Assembly (NCBI GenBank): GCA_964521085.1
Contig: CAZFPL010000001.1
Span: 35,469-99,468 of the forward strand
From: an uncultured Anaerolineales bacterium
GTDB taxonomy: Bacteria; Chloroflexota; Anaerolineae; Anaerolineales; RBG-16-64-43
Direction of reading: 5' to 3'
DNA: 64,000 bases
In this document: positions 27,948-38,172 of the stretch, piece by piece
Layout of the letters: the number at the start of each line of letters is the position of its first letter
Numbering within the stretch: position 1 is the stretch's first letter
Notes under the pieces: generated by a model
Seen by the model: only the letters and a program-made list of their open reading frames with translations
Database searches by the model: none
What the model was told of the DNA's origin: nothing
Program-made: the position numbers and the translations under genes

Positions 27948-29294
27948 ATGCGCAAACCTTTTCTCTTTTTCACATGGCTGGCGGGCGGATTGGCCCTCGG
28001 GGCCTGCACTTTTTCGCTCTCGCTGGTGCCCGACCCGACTTCGACTCCCGTCGTGCCAACCATCACCCTGACCCGGACGATCACCCTTACGGCGGCGGAT
28101 TCGCCTACCGCCATGCCGCCCACGCTGACCCCTACCAACAGCCGGGTGCCTGCCACTCCTATCAGCTTGGATCCGGATGCCGTGCCGAAGGGATCGATCG
28201 CCTACGATCGGGGAACTTATGGGGAGGATGGAATTTATCTGGCGGCCGCCAATGCGGCCAAGCCGGGTGCGCTGAGCTATCTGACCCGCGCCGGATTCGA
28301 ACCCGTTTGGTCGCCCGATGGGAAATCGATAGCTGTCCATGTGGTCCGGTTCGAGAACTCACCGTCCGGCTCCATGACCTGGGTGGATGATATCGGCGTG
28401 ATCAACAGCGATGGAAGCGGCTTTAAAAAACTGACCCAGATGCAGTCCGGCGACCGGTTGTGGGAGTTTGCTTGGTCGCCCGACGGCCGGTGGATCGCCG
28501 TGGTCCGATGCAAGATGGAAGCCGTCCCCAACGGCCTCAGTTACTCGGACGCGGCGGTGTATGTCCTCAAGTCCGACGGTTCCGATACGATGAAGCGCAT
28601 CGCCGATGTCAGGGATTTCGAATCCCACATCGAATGGTTCCCGGACAGCGAGTATTTGGGTTTCCTGGATCCGGGCGGCCTGTTCACCATCGCGTCCATC
28701 TCGACGGGGGAACGGATTACGATGGGCGATACGCAGGCGCCGGATTTCAGCCATCAGACTTTTTCGATTTCACCGGATGGAAATAACCTGTTCTATGTGA
28801 CCTACACTTCCACGGATTTCACCCTGAAAAAAGCCCGCCTCGAAGGACTCCAGAAGGGGGAAACGTGGCAAGAGACGGTTCTATATACCGGACCGTTGGA
28901 GTCAATCGGCATTTTCACCCCGATGGCGGGCGATCTTGAATCATCGCCGGACGGCACCCGCCTGCTTTTTGTCCAAAGCGAGGGCGGCAAGGCGGTGTTG
29001 CGGCTTTTACCCATCGGGAGTGATGATCCCGTCACTCTTGCGGAGCTTTCGGATTGTTCCGATGCGGCCAAAGAGCTCGATCCCAGCGTACGTTATGCGT
29101 GCTGGTCTCCCAACTGGAAACCCGGTTGGTCGTCGGACAGCCAATGGATCATGTATGCGACAGCCGTTTGCGGATCGGGCTGGGAAAGTGGGAATATCTA
29201 CATCCTCAATTCGGCGAAGGTCCTAAGCGGCTCGATCTCTCCGGTCCTGCAGGCGAAAGGCGCCAGATACCCGGATTGGCAGCCGGTGGGATGA
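27948..29294 (+). CDS. TolB/PD40-like beta-propeller lipoprotein
   Basis: Lipobox LGAC, Thr/Pro stalk, repeated (P/A)xWSPDG and C-terminal PDWQP. Confidence 0.88.
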   Translation: MRKPFLFFTWLAGGLALGACTFSLSLVPDPTSTPVVPTITLTRTITLTAADSPTAMPPTLTPTNSRVPATPISLDPDAVPKGSIAYDRGTYGEDGIYLAAANAAKPGALSYLTRAGFEPVWSPDGKSIAVHVVRFENSPSGSMTWVDDIGVINSDGSGFKKLTQMQSGDRLWEFAWSPDGRWIAVVRCKMEAVPNGLSYSDAAVYVLKSDGSDTMKRIADVRDFESHIEWFPDSEYLGFLDPGGLFTIASISTGERITMGDTQAPDFSHQTFSISPDGNNLFYVTYTSTDFTLKKARLEGLQKGETWQETVLYTGPLESIGIFTPMAGDLESSPDGTRLLFVQSEGGKAVLRLLPIGSDDPVTLAELSDCSDAAKELDPSVRYACWSPNWKPGWSSDSQWIMYATAVCGSGWESGNIYILNSAKVLSGSISPVLQAKGARYPDWQPVG

Positions 29295-29407
29295 GAACCC
29301 TTCCAGGAAATTCGGGATGAGGAGTTCCTGAACCGGAAATCCATCCAGGGTGGCATGCTGGGAATTTGGATAATTGGAGGAATCCGGATGGATTGGATTT
29401 GTATAGA

Positions 29408-29446
29408 AAGAAGACGGCGAAGTCGAAAACCGCCGCCTTCTTTTTG
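29408..29446 (+). terminator. Probable intrinsic terminator
   Basis: AAGAAGACGGCG/CGCCGCCTTCTT imperfect stem followed by TTT. Confidence 0.5.
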
Positions 29447-29534
29447 TTTGCCTCCCGGTTCAATCCGGTCCGGGCGTGTCGAAATTGACACATCCCCGTA
29501 GCAATCCTGTTACGCGATTCTGATAGAATCCCCG

Positions 29535-30701
29535 TTGATGAGTGAAAACAGGGTTATTAAGCGGATATCGGGTGTCGGAATGCGGCTGCGAGGGTTGCTG
29601 CGGCCGCGCAACCTTCTATTGGCAATGCCTGTGGTTCTGGCCCTCGTGTGCATCGGGGTGTATGCCGGGATCCGATCCTACGCGCCCGCCGCCCCGCACG
29701 AGGAGCCGACGGCGAGCTTGACGCCTTTCCAGCCCGCAACCGACACGCCCGACTCGCCCGGACCTTCTCCCACCCGGGGACCGACCGTAACCGTTCCCAC
29801 TCCGCTGCCCCTCGCCACGCCGACCCCCTCGGGCATCGCTCCGCCCTGGGCTCCCTATGCCGGTCCGATCCATCCGGCTTCCACGCAAATCCCCACCCCC
29901 GCCGAAGAGATCGATCCGGGCGGGGATTCACTCACCCTTGCCCTGCTCGGGATCGATAAAACCGAGACCAAAGGCGCCTACCGCACCGATGCGATCATGA
30001 TCCTCTACCTCGACCGGGCGCGCAAAACCGTCGCGGTGATTTCCTTTCCGCGCGATTTGTATGTATACATCCCCGCCTACGGCATGCAGCGCATCAACAT
30101 CGCATTTCAGGAGGGCAAGGCCCTCAACTATCCAGGCGGAAGCTTCGCGCTGTTCCGGGATACGATGCTATACAATTTCGGCCTGCGGATCGATCATTAC
30201 GCGCTGATGAACTTCCAGGGTTTCAAGGATATGATCGACCGGCTCGACGGGATCGACGTGGAGGTCGCCAGGACTCTCACCGACTATCGGATGGGATATG
30301 GCAACTACACGATGGAGGCTGGGGAGCGGCACATGGATGGATCGACGGCGTTGTGGTACGTGCGCGCGCGGCAAACCACCAGCGATTTCGACCGCACGCG
30401 CCGCCAGCAGGAGGTGATCATGGCGATCGCGCAGCGCTTGATGGATATGCGCGCGATTCCCAACCTGCCGGGCTTTTTCAGGATTTTCATGGAGTATTTC
30501 GAAAGCGACCTGACCCTCGACATCATCACCCCCTTTGCGGATATGGCGGGCTCCGTGTCGCTTTCCTCGCTCCGCCGCTACCGGGTCACCTTCCCGGAAG
30601 GCTGCAGCAATTGGACGACCCCCGAAGGGGGAATGGTCCTCCTTCCGAAATACGATGCGATTCACGCGATGCTGGAAGAGGCTATTAACCCGCCCGAATG
30701 A
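29535..30701 (+). CDS. LCP (LytR-CpsA-Psr) family glycopolymer transferase
   Basis: N-terminal TM helix; LLGID, RTDAIM, SFPRDLYV, RIN, YVRAR, SDFDRTRRQQ. Confidence 0.92.
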   Translation: MMSENRVIKRISGVGMRLRGLLRPRNLLLAMPVVLALVCIGVYAGIRSYAPAAPHEEPTASLTPFQPATDTPDSPGPSPTRGPTVTVPTPLPLATPTPSGIAPPWAPYAGPIHPASTQIPTPAEEIDPGGDSLTLALLGIDKTETKGAYRTDAIMILYLDRARKTVAVISFPRDLYVYIPAYGMQRINIAFQEGKALNYPGGSFALFRDTMLYNFGLRIDHYALMNFQGFKDMIDRLDGIDVEVARTLTDYRMGYGNYTMEAGERHMDGSTALWYVRARQTTSDFDRTRRQQEVIMAIAQRLMDMRAIPNLPGFFRIFMEYFESDLTLDIITPFADMAGSVSLSSLRRYRVTFPEGCSNWTTPEGGMVLLPKYDAIHAMLEEAINPPE

Positions 30702-30745
30702 CAAAAACCGATGAGGACCGCGTGCGTTCCCTGAGGTGGGATTTC

Positions 30746-32056
30746 ATGGTTAAGAATTTTTCCACCGCCATGAGCGTGGTATTTCTCCTTTCCGGCTGCG
30801 GCACGCTGAAGATCAACATCGATTACCAGAACACCCCGGTTCCCGCGAGTTCGGAATCCCGACCGGATTTTGCGGAGACGCTTGACGCGATTTCCACGTG
30901 GACCTCGACCCCCTCGGGGTCTCCCGCGCTCTCGGAAACTCCGACGGGGATTATTCCTTCAGCCGTGAAGAATGACGTCGTTGCTGTGGCGGCAAGCCGG
31001 AATCACACCTGCGCGGTGACGAACGCCGGCAGGGTGAAGTGCTGGGGCAACAACGAGCACGGCCAACTGGGAAACGGCAGCATGGTCAATAGCAACATTC
31101 CGGTCGACGTGATCGGATTGACGGACGCGAAGGCGATCACGGCCGGATGGGGGCACGTTTGCGCGCTTACCGCCGGCGGCGGGGTGAAATGCTGGGGATA
31201 CAATGCCAACGGCGAATTGGGCAACGGTAAAAACGCGGACAGCAGCAGTCCGGTGGATGTCCAGGGGCTGGCTTCGGGAATAGTCGCCATCGATGCAGGC
31301 GACGATCATACCTGCGCGGTGACCAACTCCAACAGACTGAAGTGTTGGGGAAAGAACGCTTTCGGCCAATTGGGCGACTGGACGAAAATCAACCGCAGCG
31401 TGCCGGTCGAATCGCCTTTTTTTGGGGGCGGGGTGGCGGACGTTTCGGCGGGATGGGGTCACACATGCGTCCAGACAGCCGAAGGCTGGGCGAAGTGCTG
31501 GGGGAACAACGCATACGGACAGATGGGTTTCGGCAAGCTGACGGATATCCACCTTCCTGCGGAAGATGTGGTCAACCTGAACGGGAGGGTGCTCGCAGTC
31601 ACGGCGGATGGGAGCCAGACCTGCGCGCTCACCGCCGGAGGCGGAGCACAATGCTGGGGGAACAACCGCTACGGCCAATTGGGGGACGGAACGACCCAGA
31701 AGCAGTATGAACCGGTCCAAGTGACGGGATTGACCTCGGGCGTTGGAAAAATCGAAGCCGGTTGGAATCATACTTGTGCGGTGACCAGCGGGGGCGAGAT
31801 GAAGTGCTGGGGATGGAACTTCTACGGCCAACTCGGCGACGGGACGACGGTCAACCAGAACGTGCCGGCGCGCGTGGAGTATCTGACGAACGGGGTGAAA
31901 GAAATCGCCCTGGGCTGGGGGCATACCTGCATGGTGACCGAACTCGGCGGGGTGAAATGCTGGGGCTTGAACGGATCCGGCCAACTCGGCGACGGCACCT
32001 GGGCTGACAGCATGGTCCCGCTCACGGTCATCGGCCTCGGATCGGACGTCCGGTGA
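30746..32056 (+). CDS. RCC1-repeat lipoprotein, one propeller
   Basis: Lipobox LSGC followed by GTLKINIDY; 7 RCC1-like repeats. Confidence 0.9.
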   Translation: MVKNFSTAMSVVFLLSGCGTLKINIDYQNTPVPASSESRPDFAETLDAISTWTSTPSGSPALSETPTGIIPSAVKNDVVAVAASRNHTCAVTNAGRVKCWGNNEHGQLGNGSMVNSNIPVDVIGLTDAKAITAGWGHVCALTAGGGVKCWGYNANGELGNGKNADSSSPVDVQGLASGIVAIDAGDDHTCAVTNSNRLKCWGKNAFGQLGDWTKINRSVPVESPFFGGGVADVSAGWGHTCVQTAEGWAKCWGNNAYGQMGFGKLTDIHLPAEDVVNLNGRVLAVTADGSQTCALTAGGGAQCWGNNRYGQLGDGTTQKQYEPVQVTGLTSGVGKIEAGWNHTCAVTSGGEMKCWGWNFYGQLGDGTTVNQNVPARVEYLTNGVKEIALGWGHTCMVTELGGVKCWGLNGSGQLGDGTWADSMVPLTVIGLGSDVR

Positions 32057-32107
32057 ATTTTATCCTGCGATGAAAGAGTGCGCCATGATATTGTCAGAAG
32101 GTGGAAT

Positions 32108-34549
32108 ATGAAAGCAAGACGTTGCCTGACCCTGGGATTATGCCTTCTCCTTTCCGGTTGCGGGACGCTGCAGATCGATATTGATTACGGATGGACCCCG
32201 GCCGTTACCGGATCGGAATCCACACCCGCGGTGGTCTCCTCCCCGGTGGAGGATGGACAAACTCCCGTTTCAACAGCCACGGTACAACCCACGGCCGCAA
32301 CAGCGCAAACCCCTTCCCCGACCTCGATCGTTCCGCTCATCCTGCATGCGGTCGCCATCTCCTCCGGCGAGAAGCATACCTGCGTGGTAACGGACATGGG
32401 CGGCGTGAATTGCTGGGGGAACAACGAACACGGCCAGCTGGGGAACGGGACCATGGTGAACAGCAACGTTCCCGTGGAGGTGAAGGGGGTGGAAAACGTC
32501 AAGGCGGTTGCGGCGGGCTGGGCGCATGTGTGCGCGCTCACCAAAGACGGCGGGGTGAAGTGCTGGGGATACAACAAGAACGGCGAGCTGGGCAACGGGA
32601 AAACCGTAGACAGCAGCCTTCCGGTGGAGGTGAATGGCCTTTCCTCCGGGGTGGCGGCCATCGCGACGAAGGAGGATCACACCTGTGCGGTCACCGAAGC
32701 GGGCGCGGTGAAGTGCTGGGGCTACAACGAATTCGGCCAGCTGGGGGATGGAACCAAAACGAGCCGCAGTGTGCCGGTGGATGTCCAGGGATTGACGGGC
32801 AATGCCGTGGAAGCGGTCGCGGGTTGGGGTCACACCTGTACGTTATCAGCCGGCGGCGGCGTGCAGTGCTGGGGAAACAACGTGTACGGCCAATTGGGGT
32901 ACGGCCAGGAGGTCACCCTCCGCCTTTCGCCGGTGGATGTTCTGGAAATGCAAAGCGGAGTGATCGGAATCAGCGCCGCCGGCGGCCAGACCTGCGTGCT
33001 TTCCACCGGCGGCGGGGTTCGCTGCTGGGGCAACAATAAATACGGCCAGTTGGGGGATGGGACGAGCGAAATCCGATACAGCCCGGTCGCGGTCGACGGC
33101 CTTGCGCAAGGCGTCGCCAAGGTGGTGGCGGGTTGGAATCATACCTGCGCCGTGATGGGGAACGGCGAATTGAAATGCTGGGGCTGGAATTATTACGGCC
33201 AGCTGGGGGATGAAACCAAAGCCACCCAAAGCCGGCCGGTGAACGTCCGGAGATTGATGGAGGACGCGGTCGATGTGGCCCCCGGATTGGCGCACACCTG
33301 CGCCATCACGGCTGCCGGCGGGGTGAAATGCTGGGGGCGGAATGATTCCGGGCAGTTAGGCGAGGGCACCAACCTCGACAGCATTGTGCCGCTGAGCATA
33401 ACCGGGTTGCGCTCGTCCCTCATTCCCCCGCCGACCAACGGGTCCGCGGGCAAAGCGCGGGCCGTGGCGGCCGGCGCCGCGCATGCCTGCGCCCTGACCG
33501 GTTCTGGCGGCGTGAAGTGCTGGGGGAGGAACGACCACGGTCAGTTGGGCAACGGCACGCAGGCGGCAAGCCTTGCCCCGGTGAGCGTCATCGGGTTGAC
33601 CCAGGCGGTCGTTGCCGTATCGGCCAGCATGACCCATACCTGCGCGCTCACAAGCGCCGGCGGAGTGAAATGCTGGGGGCAGAATTTGTACGGCGGGCTG
33701 GGAGACGGTTCGATCAGCGACCGGTCGGAGCCAGTGGACGTCGTCGGATTAAACAGCGGGGTGTTCGCCGTATCAACCGGAGGCGGTTTCACCTGCGCCC
33801 TGATGGAGGATGGCCGGGTGAAGTGCTGGGGGTACAACCAAAAAGGAGCTTTGGGAGACGGCACCACGGCGGACCGCTTCACTCCGGTGGATGTCGAGGG
33901 ATTGGGAAGCGATAATTCCGCCATCGCCAGCGGTGCGGAACATGCCTGCGTTTTGACGACCAGCGGTGGAGTGAAGTGCTGGGGGTCGAATGATTATGGA
34001 CAACTGGGGGATGGAAAGGTGGTGAGTCGGGGGAAACCGGGGTTTGTAGTCGGGGTTACAAGCGGCGCCCGCGGGATTTCCGCCGGATGGTCCCATACCT
34101 GCGCGGTGTTGATCGAAGGCGGAATCCTGTGCTGGGGCGCGAATGGAACCGCCCAGCTCGGGGACGGCACCCAGGGGGAAGAAAAAACCTTTCCCGTGAT
34201 CGTCGCCGGATTGACGGAGAATATGATCCTTGTCGGCGCCGGCGACAATCATACCTGCGCATTAACCGCGCAGGGAGGCGTATGGTGCTGGGGGAGCAAT
34301 ACGTACGGCCAGTTGGGAGACGGGATGTTCTTCTACGGATCGGGCGACTCCGCGGTGGATTGGAGTCCCCTTCCGGTCGCGGTTATCGGGTTGGAAACCG
34401 GCGGCGTGGCTGTCTCCGCCGGATCGAACTTCACCTGCGCAATGACGACTCTCCTGCAGGTGAAGTGCTGGGGTTCGAACACATACGGTCAGTTGGGAAA
34501 CGGCACGACGGTGGATCGGAATATCCCCGTTCTGGTGGCGGGGCTGTAA
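32108..34549 (+). CDS. RCC1-repeat lipoprotein, two propellers
   Basis: Lipobox LSGC followed by GTLQIDIDY; about 14 repeats. Confidence 0.9.
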   Translation: MKARRCLTLGLCLLLSGCGTLQIDIDYGWTPAVTGSESTPAVVSSPVEDGQTPVSTATVQPTAATAQTPSPTSIVPLILHAVAISSGEKHTCVVTDMGGVNCWGNNEHGQLGNGTMVNSNVPVEVKGVENVKAVAAGWAHVCALTKDGGVKCWGYNKNGELGNGKTVDSSLPVEVNGLSSGVAAIATKEDHTCAVTEAGAVKCWGYNEFGQLGDGTKTSRSVPVDVQGLTGNAVEAVAGWGHTCTLSAGGGVQCWGNNVYGQLGYGQEVTLRLSPVDVLEMQSGVIGISAAGGQTCVLSTGGGVRCWGNNKYGQLGDGTSEIRYSPVAVDGLAQGVAKVVAGWNHTCAVMGNGELKCWGWNYYGQLGDETKATQSRPVNVRRLMEDAVDVAPGLAHTCAITAAGGVKCWGRNDSGQLGEGTNLDSIVPLSITGLRSSLIPPPTNGSAGKARAVAAGAAHACALTGSGGVKCWGRNDHGQLGNGTQAASLAPVSVIGLTQAVVAVSASMTHTCALTSAGGVKCWGQNLYGGLGDGSISDRSEPVDVVGLNSGVFAVSTGGGFTCALMEDGRVKCWGYNQKGALGDGTTADRFTPVDVEGLGSDNSAIASGAEHACVLTTSGGVKCWGSNDYGQLGDGKVVSRGKPGFVVGVTSGARGISAGWSHTCAVLIEGGILCWGANGTAQLGDGTQGEEKTFPVIVAGLTENMILVGAGDNHTCALTAQGGVWCWGSNTYGQLGDGMFFYGSGDSAVDWSPLPVAVIGLETGGVAVSAGSNFTCAMTTLLQVKCWGSNTYGQLGNGTTVDRNIPVLVAGL

Positions 34550-34619
34550 GGATCCGCGTTGGATCGCCTCCTGGGCTTTAATCGTTATCCTGACACGGTT
34601 TCGCTCGATGAGGATGCCC

Positions 34620-36113
34620 ATGCACAGAAAGTGCTTCGCGTTGCTTCTGATTTTGTTTCTCGCCGGATGCGGCACGCTGAAGGTCGATGTGGATTTTGGA
34701 TCGACGCCCGGCAATTCTGAAGCGGGCTCTACGCCGACCCCCGTGGTCCTTCCGGTTGTCGGCGCGGATACCCCGACCGGAACCGCAACGCCGCCGGCCG
34801 CACAGCCTTCCGAGTCGACGGCAACGGCAGGCGTTCCGCCTGTGTTGCGGGCGACAGCTGTTGCATCGGGCAGGGCGCATACCTGCGTCGTGACCAACGC
34901 CGGCGGGGTGAAATGCTGGGGGAAGAATGAACACCGCCAATTGGGGAACGGCGGCGTGGTCAACAGCAATATTCCGGTGGACGTGAACGGCCTGGGCGAT
35001 GTGAAGGCGGTCGCGGCGGGCTGGGAGCACACCTGCGCGCTGACAAACGCCGGCGGGGTGAAATGCTGGGGATTCAACCAGAATGGCGAATTGGGAAACG
35101 GGGTAATTAATGATAGCGGCGTGCCGGTTGATGTAAGCGGCCTGACTTCGGGTGTGTGGGCGATCGAAGCGGGGGACGATCACACCTGTGCGCTCACCGA
35201 CCAGGGCGAAGCAAAGTGTTGGGGATCCAACCGGTTTGGCCAGCTCGGCGACGGATCGACGACCAGCCGAAGCGTCCCGGTGGCGGTTCAGGGAATCTCG
35301 GGCAGGGCGTCGGCCGTTGTGGCGGGTTGGGGACATACATGCGTCCTGACCGACGAGAAGAGCGTCAAGTGCTGGGGCGATGACGAATACGGGCAGTTGG
35401 GATACGGCCAAACGGAGGATTACCGATTCACACCGATGGATGTGATGGGTCTGGTCCGCAGCGTGGTGCGGATCTCCGCGGACGGCGGCCAGACGTGCGC
35501 GCTGACGATCTATGGGGGGGTAAGCTGCTGGGGCAGCAACAAATACGGGCAGCTGGGTGATGGAACTACGGAAACCCGGAACAGCCCGGTGCAGGTCGCG
35601 GGGTTGACCCAGGACGTGATTGATATCGCGGCCGGTTGGAACCACACCTGCGCGCTCGTCAGCGGCCGCGGGATGGAATGCTGGGGCTGGAATTACTTCG
35701 GGCAATTGGGCGACGGCACGAAGGCGTCGCGGACCACGCCGGTCGATGTCTACGGATTATCGGAAAGCGTCGATGCGATGGGCGTCGGCTGGGCCCACAC
35801 CTGCGTGGTGACCGACCTCGGCGGCGTGAAATGCTGGGGGGCGAATGAATCCGGCCAGCTCGGTGACGGCACGAACCTCGACAGCCAGGTGCCGCTGACG
35901 GTCGACGGGATGGGCGGAGCCCCGTTGCCTTCCGAGGCGGCCGAACCCTCGAATTCCGCAACCCCTGCACCGTCAAGTACGAATATAAAATCAAAAACTC
36001 CGACACGAACCAAGACGGCCGCAACCAGTGATCATACATACACCATTTCGGCGTCGACCCCCTCTCCAAGAGGGCTGACCAAACCGACGAATACCTTCAC
36101 CCCGGAGCATTAA
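34620..36113 (+). CDS. RCC1-repeat lipoprotein, one propeller plus C-terminal Thr/Ser tail
   Basis: Lipobox LAGC followed by GTLKVDVDF; 7 repeats; start could be 34608 or 34614. Confidence 0.88.
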   Translation: MHRKCFALLLILFLAGCGTLKVDVDFGSTPGNSEAGSTPTPVVLPVVGADTPTGTATPPAAQPSESTATAGVPPVLRATAVASGRAHTCVVTNAGGVKCWGKNEHRQLGNGGVVNSNIPVDVNGLGDVKAVAAGWEHTCALTNAGGVKCWGFNQNGELGNGVINDSGVPVDVSGLTSGVWAIEAGDDHTCALTDQGEAKCWGSNRFGQLGDGSTTSRSVPVAVQGISGRASAVVAGWGHTCVLTDEKSVKCWGDDEYGQLGYGQTEDYRFTPMDVMGLVRSVVRISADGGQTCALTIYGGVSCWGSNKYGQLGDGTTETRNSPVQVAGLTQDVIDIAAGWNHTCALVSGRGMECWGWNYFGQLGDGTKASRTTPVDVYGLSESVDAMGVGWAHTCVVTDLGGVKCWGANESGQLGDGTNLDSQVPLTVDGMGGAPLPSEAAEPSNSATPAPSSTNIKSKTPTRTKTAATSDHTYTISASTPSPRGLTKPTNTFTPEH

Positions 36114-36339
36114 TAGAAACCGCATGATTCCGTGCCGGATGTTTCAAAACTGTTGCAGTCCCGATGAAGGACGGTAAAACAACGGGACATGATCCGGGAC
36201 GACTAATCGAAACCAACTTAAAATAATATTCGTTAATTCACATCGAAGACACCGGCCGGTCGGACCTTGGCTCAGCCTGCACCCGAAGTCGGGATTGGAG
36301 ACGCCGTCCGCCGCCGGGAAAACCCTGCAGAGTCTGGCG

Positions 36340-37019
36340 ATGCTGCGCCGATTGACATTTACCCTTGGTTTGCTTTTATTCCTTGCTGGATGCGGCACGG
36401 TGAAAATTGACCTGGATTCCCAATTGACCCTTTCGCATTCCAAGCCGAGTTCCACCCCCGCCGTCTCGAGCCCATCCGTGATTACCGACATGTTGACGTC
36501 AACATTTTCCCAGACTTTGTTCCCGACACTCCTGCGACGTATTCTCCGCCGATAGCGCCGTCCGATACGGCAACACCTTCCCCTTCAATCACCTCCTCGC
36601 CGTCAAATACGGCAACCACTGTCCCATCGAGGACCTCCACGCGCACCCGAACCGACGCGCCGCCCGAAAAGGTGCAGACGCTGACCGACACCCCTGCGCC
36701 GACGGACACTCTTGCAATAGCAGATACCCAGACCACAACTCCTATTATTTTGGAACCCCAATCACCGACCGCCACATGTACCCGGACAGAAACGATGACG
36801 CGAACTGGAACGCGTACACCGACCGAAACGCGTACATCGACAATGACGGGAACATCGGATACGCCAACACGTACCCTAACCACAACGCGTACACCAACAC
36901 GGACTTCGACCGAAACCACAGAAGAGACCGTGACCCCTGCACCGACACGATCGAAAACGCCCATAACTCCGATTTCGTGCGGTTGCCAATGGCAAAACGC
37001 ATACCTTCATTCTCGATAA
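36340..37019 (+). pseudogene. Thr-rich lipoprotein split by a -1 frameshift; no propeller domain
   Basis: Lipobox LAGC-GTVKIDLD in one frame stops at 36555; the Thr/Pro-rich continuation PDTPATYSPP...TRTPTRT runs in another frame to 37019. Confidence 0.65.
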
Positions 37020-37224
37020 AAATTTTTAACCTGTCATCGTATGGGGCATAAACGCAAGTATGGGGTAATCGGTACCAATGTAGAAGTTGGAGATTTTCCG
37101 AAGCAAATCAGGTCGGTTTTGGAAGATAAGAATAATTTATCGGGTCCACTGTCATTAAGGGCGAGTCGGCTCCCTGGCGCATGAGCCCGGTCTCCCCATG
37201 AAAATCCCTGGGGTAGCGGTTTTT

Positions 37225-38172
37225 TTATTCCCCTTGTTTCGTCTTCTGAAGAATGTGCATCGATACCGGCAGTGTGACCGCGAACACGGTACCCCGCGCG
37301 CCGTCCCGCCGGCTGCGGACCGTCACTGTCCCCTCATGCCGCTCCACCACGCGCCGGACCAGCGCCAGCCCGAGCCCGCTGCCTTCGTATCCGCGCGCGT
37401 TCGAGCCGCGGTAGAGTTCTTCGAACAGGCGCGGGATTTCCTCCGCTGGAATCCCCGGACCGGTGTCGGCGATTTCCACCTGCACATGGCGGGCTTGTTC
37501 CATCGCCCGCACCTCCACCGTATCCTGCTTGCCGGTGTACTTCATCGCGTTCTCGATCAGGTTGAAAAACGCCAGGCTGAGCAGGTCGCGGTCGCCGATG
37601 ATTTCCGGCAGCGGCCAGGGGACGCTGGGAACCACCAGGCGCAGATCCCTCCCGCTTCCCGAGGGGTGCGCCCGCACGGCGTCTACGGTTTCCTGCAGCA
37701 ATTGGCCGAGGTTGACTTTGTCATATTCCAGCGCGATTTCTTCCAAATCCGCAAGCTTTCGCAATCCGGCGGTGAGTCGGGTCAGACGCTCCACCTGGTG
37801 CTGGATATCGGGAATGGCCGAAGGCGTGGCACCGGATGCGCCGGCGCCTTCCAAATTGGCCAACGCCGCCCGGATGCCCGTCAACGGATTCTTTAATTCG
37901 TGATCCAGCCGGCGCAGGAAGCGCCGCTGAGCCTCGGCCTGTTTCTTCCGCTCGCGGGAAAGGCTGAGTTCGGATCGGGAGGCGTTCCGATGCCGGATCA
38001 GGACGATCGAAACCCACACGACGCTGATGAGAATGCCGCTGAAGAACGCCAGCAGGCCGAAATCGATCTTGATCACGAGCAGGGGGAGCGGTCGAAGCGT
38101 CTGTTGCAGGACGGTCATGATCGCCAGCCCGATTGCCGCCGGCACGAGAGCGATTGCGACGCGCAGTTTCAT
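37225..38172 (-). CDS. Sensor histidine kinase (2 TM helices, HisKA + HATPase_c)
   Basis: DHELKNPLT H-box, NLIENAMKY, DTGPGI, GSGLGL. Confidence 0.93.
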   Translation of the reverse strand: MKLRVAIALVPAAIGLAIMTVLQQTLRPLPLLVIKIDFGLLAFFSGILISVVWVSIVLIRHRNASRSELSLSRERKKQAEAQRRFLRRLDHELKNPLTGIRAALANLEGAGASGATPSAIPDIQHQVERLTRLTAGLRKLADLEEIALEYDKVNLGQLLQETVDAVRAHPSGSGRDLRLVVPSVPWPLPEIIGDRDLLSLAFFNLIENAMKYTGKQDTVEVRAMEQARHVQVEIADTGPGIPAEEIPRLFEELYRGSNARGYEGSGLGLALVRRVVERHEGTVTVRSRRDGARGTVFAVTLPVSMHILQKTKQGE

